From assembly GCA_023213395.1 (NCBI GenBank), contig CM041465.1:177079741-177143740 (forward strand): 64,000 nucleotides of DNA. The letters are read 5' to 3'. The stretch comes from Cycas panzhihuaensis. Its lineage: Eukaryota; Plantae; Cycadophyta. Each line of letters starts with the position of its first letter. Positions within the stretch are counted from its first letter, which is position 1. Shown piece by piece: positions 54,201 through 64,000 of the stretch. The translations under genes were made by a program, and so were the position numbers. The notes beneath the pieces are model-generated. The model ran no database searches. It was not told the DNA's origin and saw only the letters and a program-made list of their open reading frames with translations.

Positions 54201-55465
54201 ATATATTCGAATGATGATGAGTTTAGTCACCCAAATAGGTTGGAAAGTTTATCAAATGGATGTGAAAAGTTCTTTCCTAAATGGATATATCAAAGAAGAC
54301 ATCTATGTCACTCAACCTCTCGGTTTTGAAGTCAAGGGGGAAGAGAACAAAGTGTACAAGTTTAAAAAGGCATTATATAGTCTAAAACAAGCACCCAGGG
54401 CTTGGTATTCCCAAATAGATAAGTATTTTAGAGATCAACGGTTTGAGAGACCTCAAGCAGATCTAAACTTATACACTCAAATCAAGGGAAGTTTAATCTT
54501 AATAGTAGGTCTTTATGTGGATGACCTAGTCTATACCGGAAATGACTCACATCTTTTACATCAATTTAAAGATGTTATGTGTAAGAAATTTGGGATGACA
54601 GACTTAGGCCTCATGCATTACTTCCTAGAATTGGAAGTTTGGCAGAACAAACAAGGAATCTTCATCTCTCAACGTAAATATATATTGGATCTATTACAGA
54701 GATTCAGAATGATAGATTGCAAACCGTTGGCAATCCCAGTAGAAACTAGAATCAAACTATTTAAGACAAATGATTTGACTTCAATTGATCCAACTATCTA
54801 TAGATAGCTCATTGGCATCCTAATATATTTGACATCTACTCGACCAGATATAACACACTTAGTCAATGTTGTGTCCAGATTCATGCAGAATCCAAAAGAC
54901 CTCTCATTGGCAAGTTGCCAAGAGAATTCTTACATACCTTAAAGGGACTCTAGACTTTGGGTTATATTACAAAGCCATGTCTAAATTTTAGTTGATTGGT
55001 TATACAGATTCAAATTGAGAAGGTGATGTTAATGATAGAAAGTCTACAACGGGTTATGTATTCAGTATGGGATCAGCAGTAGTAGCTTAGAGTATAAAGA
55101 AGCAAAATACCGTTTCCTTATCCACAGCCAAGGTAGAGTATAAAGCAGAAGTTACAGGAAATTGTGAATCAATATGACTAAGGAGACTTTTATAGGATTT
55201 TCAGAATAAACAACAAGGTCCCACTCAAATTTGGTGTGATAATCAAAGCACTATCCAAATGGCCAAAAATCTGGTATTCCACAGCAGAACAAAATATATT
55301 GAAACTCAACACCACTTCATTTGGGAACTTATACAAGAAGACGAGATCGAGTTAGCTTATTACAGCACCAAAGATCAGACAACAGATATTTTTACAAAGA
55401 CTTTGGGAAAGATCAAATTTGAGAAGTTCAGAGATAATTTGCGAGTTGTCTACATTGAGCTTATG
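51253..55465 (+). pseudogene. Copia gag-pol of element B (gag, zinc knuckle, PR, IN, RT, RNase H)
   Basis: IPKFNGNNF, AWDTLQ, KNLLSVGQ, LRSDNGGE, PQQNGVAER, KYKARLVVKGYAQ, YQMDVKSSFLNG, LYVDDL, NLVFHSRTKYIE. Confidence 0.93.
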
Positions 55466-58173
55466 GGGGAGAATGTTGGGACTAACCCTAATATCAATAA
55501 AGAATTGTATGCCTAGGACCCCTCAAAGCCACCTATGAGGCTTCTTAGGGCACCTAGAGCCTCCCAATAGCCACCTAGAGCCAACGCAACTTTATTAAGG
55601 CATGTGTATTCATTTATTATTATTTTTTTTTAATATTGTTTGAATTATTAATCGACTAACGTGTAGGTCGGGTGATAGCGCTTGTCGCCTCTCCAAAACT
55701 CTATTTAAGGGGTGGGAATACCTCCCTAGAATTTTTTTAACACCACCAACTTCGGAAATGACTTGTTTACTCAAAATGTGTGCGATCTAATGTCCCTCCC
55801 TACTCTAATAAATCCATCATGGCATTCTAGGATTTCAACCCAGATTCTAAATCTTCTTCAAAAAATTGTATAGATTTAGAATCTATATTTCAAGGACTAC
55901 ATTTTATACCCATTATTTTGATAATCTGTACACCTATAAAATTTCGTACATATCTATATAATATATAGCCATATAGCCAAAAAGTATAATCTTACGATCC
56001 ATTTTTGCTTAATTTCATAAATCTGAAAATGGCCTCTTTAATTATTGCCCTCAATGAAGTAGATAAATTTACATAAATAAATTTTAACATATGAAAAATT
56101 AAAATAGGACTTTTTAGAGAAAAAAATGCATGAAAATTTGTAATTGGATAAGAAAAGAAACCTTATGATATCATTGATTTAATAAGCTAGGAAGAGAGGG
56201 ACAATATAACCATTGTCATTCTTAAATTCTCAATTTTAGACTCTCTTATGTCTTGTGTAGGTGGTGTAGGTACTTCTTCGAAAATATGGAAGATGGTAAC
56301 TTCTTTATTCAGTCAAAGGAATAAGCATAGAATAATTTCCCTAAGGGAAGAACTATATAAATTTAGAATAAGAGAAAATCAACATGTTTATGATTTTGTT
56401 GTAAAAGTAAACAATGTTAAATGTAATCTTATTACAACTAGAGATAAGATTATAGACACAAAATACATTTATTTGGTAGTAAATAAACTACCTCAATCAT
56501 TTGACAGTATGGTTAATATGCTTACAAGAGAAGGTCAAACTGCTGATATGACCTTTGAGACTTTAATAGGACATATACTAAACCAGAAATAGAGGAATGA
56601 AAGATATGAAGAAGAAGCTCAAATTGAAGAGGTTTTCTATCTAAACTCAACTTGGGCAGCAAAGGACATGGGAAGACTACTTTTCAAGGGCGTGGTAGGA
56701 TAACTCCAATAGAAAATAGAAATTAGATAGGCGCTATAGGTCATTGGTTAGAAGGAAGAGGCTAAGCAAGGTCAATCCCCTTAAGAGACTCTAGAATCCA
56801 CTTCAACTATGAAAGACTAGGTTATTTTTCAAATAATTACTATGTATTTGATGTATATTATCACTATAAATAGTCTAAATATCCTCCCTATCAATGCCCA
56901 TAAAAACATGCAAAATTTCAGAGAGGGAAGTAGGTTATAGGTCATTACAACAAATAATATGATACAATGGAAGATGAAGTGGAAACAACCTTTGTTGTCA
57001 CTCTTACCACTAGTTCTAAAGTAACTATTGACTGGTACATTGATTTAAGAGCCTCTAATCACATGACAGGTAGAAGAGAATGGTTTGAGACCTTGAAACC
57101 ATATCTTTGTGATAGAATTATTGAGTTAAGTAACAATCATCCTCTTCACATGCAAGGGATTAGAATAATTGCTATAGAAATTGATGGAAAGGTAAAAAAA
57201 ATGGAAAATTCTCTTTTTGTTTTAAGAATAAAAAAGAATCTACTATTTATATCCCAGTTAGGAAAAAAGAATGTGAGCATTATATTTGATTAAAATAGAC
57301 ATTGTTTCATTTTAGACATGAAAAGGAGTGGCATTGTAATTGTAGAAGGGATAGAAAACAACAATATCTATAAGTTGTTTTCTATGCCTGTTATGCTTGA
57401 AGGTGGTTTTGTTATATCTAGATTTGATATAAACTCTCTTGTTGTTTCTAGTTGTAATAATAATAGAATCTGGCATTTGAAGTATAGGTATATCTCAAAT
57501 GATATGTTAGAATTGTTAAAAAAATATAATATGGTGGATGGACTACCAAATATGTCCTTTAATTCTTTTGTGTATAAAAGTTGTAAGATGGAAAAGCAAC
57601 ATATGACTCTATTTTAAAGAAGCACATGACATGCACAAAACAAATTAGAATTAGTTCACACAAATCTCTGTGGTCCCATTATACCAAGTTATTCAAATGG
57701 AGTTAGGTGTTTTTTAACATTTATTAATGATTTCTCCAAGAAAACTTGTATATACTTTTTATTTAGTAAATAAAAAATATTTAACTTTTTAAAAGAAATT
57801 AAAGCAAAAGCTGAAATACAAAGCAATAGCAAAGTTAAATGCATTCACTCTAATGGTGGAGGCGAATATATATAAAAAAAAATCTCTCTTTTGCAAAACA
57901 CATGCAATATATAAACAGGTAACTATACCTTACTATAATCAAACAATGTGACAAAATGAATGAATAGGACTATACTAGAAATGGATCATTATCTAATTCA
58001 AGATAGGCAGGTTACTAAAGCATACTTGGTAGGAGCTGTTAATACTATAATGTATCTAATAAACAGGAGACAAACACAAGCTTTGCATAAAGTCACACCA
58101 GAAAGGTTTGAATTAGACAAAGACTAGATGTAAGTAATCTCAAAGTTTTTCGTTGTAAGGCTTATGCTTATAT

Positions 58174-61100
58174 TGTTGGAATATTAATGCATATTTGATT
58201 TGTCCCACATGTAAGTGGGTCCTACTCTTCTATCATGACTTGTATTATAAATACACAATATAGTGTATCATATTGAATGTTGTTGTAAGGATGTTTTGTT
58301 AATACAATTTGAGGTACCTTAAGGGTACCGTTCGATCATGTGGAGGTGTTCTATTTTGTTTGTCAATATCTTATTGTAGGTTCTATTTTTCAACATGGTA
58401 TCAGAGCGCCTATGTTGAGAAAGGTGTTTTGTTTATTCGGATTAGGCGTTGATTTGGGAGGTGCCATAACGTTGAAATTTCTAAAAAGTAATGGCGAAAT
58501 TGAGACAAAATAGCTCATTCTGTAAAATTTTAGTGGTCGCACTATAGATTTTAGGGTGAAAGTGCAAAAATTGCAGCAGAATTAATTTCAGCCTGCATTT
58601 TTCTCGTCGTCGTATTTTTGGGACAGATCTACAACCTCAACTTCAAAGAGTCATAACTTTAGCTACAGGTATCCAAATGACCTCAAAATTATTTTTATTC
58701 TATGCATTTTTAAATTTTCTTTCTAATGGAAATAGATTGAGGTTCATCAGAGTTTAGAATAAAAAGTTATTAGTAGTTTATCATAAGGTACTATTATAGC
58801 CTCTAGAAACCCTAATTGTAAAATTTTTAAAAGGAGCATAACTTTTAATCTAGATATCAGAATTCAATTTCATCTAAATCATTGGAATCATATTTCAGAG
58901 GCCATCATTTTCATCCATATTTTATGTATTTTTTAGCTATACTTTTTTTCGGAAATAAGTTTTTGGGAATTTAAGGGTTTCATATTGATATGGTGACATG
59001 AATAAGGCAATGGTAATGAGGTGATTGTTTGAGGCTCTCTTACATATGTTGTGCTTGGGAGAGTATTATTGCAATGTGAGATATTAAGTTATATTAATGT
59101 GAATGTATTTGTTATTCTATTAATGATTTGAAGTGCATGATAGTGATTTTTTAATAGAAAATTAAGTGCCTTCTTACATGTGTTTATATGAGAGAGCCAT
59201 TATGATGATGACATAGTATGGTGATGAAGCGACAGTGCATGTGTTTGCATGAATGAGTTGGGTGGCATATGGTGATTTAGTGTTCCTTGGAATGTAATTT
59301 ATGTGAAGGGACTTTATGGGCATGATAAGACTAATTTGAGGGTAATAAAGATAATGATATAAGACAATGAGATGCTTGTTGCATGTGAGGTTAACATGAC
59401 AAGATTTGGCATGTTTTGAGGATGAGATTAGGGATGTTTGATGATGTGTTCTAGTTGATTGAATGGGAAAAGAAGGATGAGTTTTTGTTGAAGTTACATG
59501 AGTTGCAAGTGTAATGGCATGAGTTATGTGTTTTGGGCAATCAAGTGAAGTGTGTGTCTTGGTAGCGACATGTGACATATATGATCATCGTGAGATTTAT
59601 GAGGCATTGATTTAATGAAGTGAGTGTTTGGATTCTATGTGACTAGTTGGTGATATGTGAAATGGATAAGGCAATGATGTGATGATAAAGTCAATGATGT
59701 TAGATATGAGACATGAGGAAATTTGTTGAGAGTGATCAATAGGCAAGTTACCAATGATAAGTGAGTTTATTGATTGAAAAAGGGAAGTGGCATATGGACA
59801 TGGCATTTACAATCATGGAGGATAATGATGTAGTTATATATGCTCCTAAATCAATTGAATATTACTTAAGGGATTCATTTCTTCCAGTACCTAAGTGCAA
59901 TGGTGAAGACTACTTCTTTTGGATAATTAAAATGAGATGTTTATTCATAGCTAGAGGTTTGTGGAAGATTGTTACTGATGAATATAATATCCCTAAGGAT
60001 GAAGAAGAAAAGGAAATGCTTGAGAAGAAAGATAAAAAAGTATTCATTGTGATTCGAGCTGCATTCAATGAGGTTGATCTTCCTTCCAGATTCCATTTTG
60101 TCATTCCTATGATTCTACATACAAGTAATGCTAAAGAAGCTTGAAATTTTCTAAAGGAAGTATTTGAACAAACCCTTGAAGAGACACAACGAATGATTGA
60201 AAAGACAATTAAGGCTAGTTATGGTTATGGTAGAGGTACAACAAATGAAGAAAATATCATCAACACTGATGAAACATGTCAAGATGAGGAAGGTATGAGT
60301 ATTGATGATATTTCTACTGAATGTAAAGAAACGATGGTTGAATGCATTGATGAAACTACAACTACTAATGAAGACATTGAAAGTGATGAGTTGATAAAGG
60401 TTTATATAGATAACACCATGATTTCAAGAGATATTGAATATGAATCCGATGGTTCTATAAAGGACAAGTCTTATATTGATGATATTCCTACTTTGAGTAC
60501 TGATTCAAGTTTAAATGATATTTCTTCTTTGAGCATTGTTTCAAGTTCAAAGAATATGCAAGTTGATCAAGACTCCACTCCTAAGGTTAAAGAAATCACT
60601 ATTGTACATAGTGTTCAAGAGTTTATACAAGATAATGATGACAGGGAAGTTGTAATTGAAGATGGTTATTTATAGGATTTACATCAAAATAAGACTAGAC
60701 TAGGCACAATGAAGAATTATGATTTGCACCTGCTAGAGCTGCTACATCAACATCATCACTATAGGATTGAAGACAGAAATCAAGCTGAGGATATCATCTT
60801 ACAAAGGCATAAGTACATAATTGAAGAAGAAAATCAAGATAAAGACATCATTCTACAGCAAAGACATCACTACAAGATCGAAGTCAAGGATCAAGTTGAA
60901 GACATCATTTTTAAGACATTTCTAAGGACAAGGCGTTACAAGTACAAATAACCCAAATGTGCATTAAGGGGAAGTGTTGGAATATTAATGCATATTTGAT
61001 TTGTCCCACATGCAAGTGGGTCCTACTCTTCCATCATGACTTGTATTATAAATACACAATATAGTGTATCATATTGAATGTTATTGTAAGGATGTTTTGT

Positions 61101-61196
61101 TAATACAATTTGAGGTACCTTAAGGGTATCGTTCGATCTGGTGGAGGTGTTCTGTTTTGTTTGTCAATATCTTATTGCAGGTTCTATTTTTCAACA
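58174..61196 (+). mobile_element. TR-GAG-like non-autonomous LTR element (222-bp LTRs at 58174-58395 and 60975-61196; TSD TATAT)
   Basis: Perfect TSD; intact PBS TGGTATCAGAGC at 58396-58407; PPT AAGGGGAAG; about 8 differences between LTRs by eye; no pol. Confidence 0.95.
59810..60951 (+). pseudogene. Copia gag N-terminus with acidic, repeat-containing extension
   Basis: VPKCNGEDYFFWIIKMRCLFIARGLWKIV...AKEA* (DUF4219-like), then a D/E/T-rich region and three H.Y.IE...Q.(E/K)DII repeats. Confidence 0.75.
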
Positions 61197-64000
61197 TATA
61201 TTCCAGATAAAAAATAAACTAAACTTGATAACAACAGTATAAAATACATAATAATAGGATATAACAATAGATCAAAGGCTTACAGATGCATAGATCCCAA
61301 AACTAATAGGGTCTATATTAGCAGAGATGTAGTATTTGATGAAAGTCTTGAAAGCAATAAAAGAACATGTCAAATGATAGAAACAACATTAGAAACTTCT
61401 GTCTTTAAGCCTATATTAACTTCTTATAATGAAGATTATAAAATCACTTCAAAAAATATTGAATCTAATAGTGAAACTTTTGAAGTAAGATCTCTAGACT
61501 GTAGTCAAGTTAATCCTTCTATCAAACAAAGTGTTCTAGAAGAAGAACAAAGGATTGCATTCGAAAAAGGGCTAGTAAAGTTTTCTTCAAAGAAGATACC
61601 AAAATGGTAGCTCAAAACAGTTGAGGAAGCAAAAGAAAATATCTTTAAGCATAAAATAAGTTATAAAAATATTAAGCATTGGCTTGTTTTGTTGAAACCT
61701 ATACATACGAAGAAGCAAGCCAAATTTCTAAATGGAAAACAACAATGGATGTCGAAATAGCAGCAATTATAAAGAATGAAACTTAGGAGTTGGTTGAACC
61801 TCCTGCAAACAAATCCATTGTCAATTACAAATAGGTGTACAAAGTAAAAGAAAAATCTAATGGAGAAATAAAAAAATATAAAGCAAGGTTAATTGTTAAA
61901 GGATACACTCAAACTGTTGGTATAGGTTATAAAGAAGCATTCTGACAAGTGGTTAAACTAAACACTGTGGAAACTGTAATTGCTTTAGTTGTATAATATA
62001 ATTAAAAAAAAATTAAATTGATGTGAAGACTACTTTATTAAATGGAGACCTGAAAGAAAAAGTATACATGTATCAACCAGAAAACAAGCTCTCAGAGAAT
62101 GGTATACAAAACTAAATAAATATCTTATTTACAATAATTTCTGCATGTGTGAATTCGATCCAAGTCTATATATAAAAATCAATATGGGTCTAATATATAT
62201 AATAGTAGTATATGTAGATGATATGCTCCTTACAAGAAGTGATACATACTTAATTGTATCTATAAAGAGCTAATTAGAAAAAGTCTTTGGAATGACTAAT
62301 CTTAGAATGTTACATCATTATCTTAGAATTGGAGTAACTCAATTGAAAGATTCAATTATCTTATCTCAGTCTAAATACATCAAAAATATGTTGAAAAAAT
62401 TAAATATAAAAAATTATAGCAATTGTGCCACACCTATGGAAACAGGTTTTACGTTAAATCATGATACAGATGGTCATGTAGTGAATGCAACTACAAACAA
62501 AGAACTAATTGAAAGTTTGATATAACACACTGCTACAAGACCTGAAATCTCTTAGTTAGTGTAATTTCTAAATATATGTAAGAACCCAAGACATCACATT
62601 GAAATGCAATAAAGAGAATACTCAGTTATTTAAAAGGAACAATAAATCTGAATTTGAATTATGCAAGAATTAATACTATGCAGCTAACAAGTTGTAGTGA
62701 CTTAGATTGGGTAGGAGATAGAATAGATAGAAAGTCTACAAGAAGATATTGTTTCTCTTTAGGTTTAATAGTGATGTCTTATAACAACAAAAAGTAGTCC
62801 ACAGTTTCTTTATCCTCTATTGAAATTGAACACAAATTAGTAGTAACTGTGACTTGTAAAGCTGTCTGGATTAGACAATTATTGAAATATCTGGGTCAAG
62901 AATAGAATATTCCTACCATTCCATTTTGTGATAATCAGAGCACAATTAAGATGACCAAAATTCTTATTCTTTATGCCAGAATGAAGCATATAGATATTCA
63001 TCATCATTTCATAAGAGAGAAGGTTCAAAATAAGGAAATTAATCTAATACATTACATATCAAATGAGAAAGTTGCTAACATATTTACAAAACCACTAAGC
63101 AAAGACAAATTTTAATTATTTAGAGACAAATTTGGAATAAAATAAATAAAACATTAAGAGAGGGCATTAAGATTAGTATTTTATTTAGACATTATTGTAC
63201 TACTCTAATATTTCTTTATGAGAGTTATGTGACATTCCCTCTTTTCTCCGCCTGTGACAAGTGGCACACATGGAGTCAACCATGTCCAAGGTTCATGTAA
63301 TTCATATTGTATTTATAGAGGGATTTTCCTGATTAATAAAATGAGCATTCCTTGAGAGTTTCACATTAAATTTAGAACAATTTTCATTTCATTATATAGT
63401 TTTCCTTTTTACGTAGTAAGAATAAGTGTAGTTCATATGTTTTGAATAAAGTTAGAATAAGATGTTACTTTGAATCACCCTTTGGCGGTAACTTGAAATA
63501 AGGAGGTTTATGTTATACCCCTTCAATATGCAACACTAAAAATTATAGAGTAAAAATTGCAAATGGTGGTGTTGGTTTGTTGGGTTGAATATACAAAAAG
63601 AGAGTGACATTCAGTAAGGGGGTAAGTTGTGGCAAAAAAGTATCAAAAAGGAAAAACATTCATGTGAAACTACTACAATATACTTTCTTGTAGAGGATGA
63701 TTATTACAATCATATAGTGTTGTTCTAAAGGGTTTGATAGAGAAAAGCAATCTTACGGGACAAACTTCTTCAGGGATGATAACTTATGTGAAAGGTCAGT
63801 TCCCCACCTATGAATTGGAGGAAGTGGAAGATAACGGGCAAGCACAACAAATAACTCATAGGAAAGGCCGCCTATAGGACATGAACATTGTGGGCGAAGA
63901 AAGCTATGGACAAAATATTTCAATGGAATACATTGCTCATGGAATTGGAAGCTTATGGGGAAATAATCTCTGGGAAGGTGTATTCGTAAGATTTGTAGAG

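Larger units (their letters stand above)
56029..63145 (+). pseudogene. Copia gag-pol of the large host element, integrase interrupted at 58174-61201
   Basis: WYIDLRASNHMTG, CKAYAY|IPD, KYKARLIVKGY, VYVDDML, KHIDIHHHFIREK. Confidence 0.88.

Noticed and set aside
59174-59806. Minus-strand His/Thr/Ser-rich ORFs
   Set aside because: A compositional by-product of the TG-rich leader, with no recognisable domain.
63371-64000. Possible coding sequence at the window end
   Set aside because: No recognisable motif; probably a continuation of the decayed element hosting the large Copia, but it cannot be assigned.

Overview
Gene-free, AT-rich plant heterochromatin built almost entirely from nested, decayed retroelements. 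The host is probably a seed plant (a MORF fragment is present); a gymnosperm-type genome is inference only. From left to right it contains: a minus-strand LTR element whose LTR is split by a full-length L1 LINE (16-bp TSD, RNase H); a Copia 3' end chained to further LTR-PBS units; and a Ty3/gypsy element interrupted by a nested chromodomain gypsy and by a Penelope-like RT. An old ~13.5-kb tandem duplication (13241-31639 / 31640-45343) copies most of that gypsy stack. A large Copia (44801-63365) carries two nested LTR elements. The most striking structure is in two LTR elements with unrelated LTRs (24250-29376 and 45509-55819). They share a conserved leader scaffold, and at the same position each holds a different antisense string of short, intronless host-gene fragments: ankyrin + MORF + At2g23090-like in one, AP4M + transportin-1 + unidentified pieces in the other. 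This looks like a fixed-site mRNA-capture cassette. No intact host gene or RNA gene was found. All protein identifications are from motif recognition by eye, not database searches.
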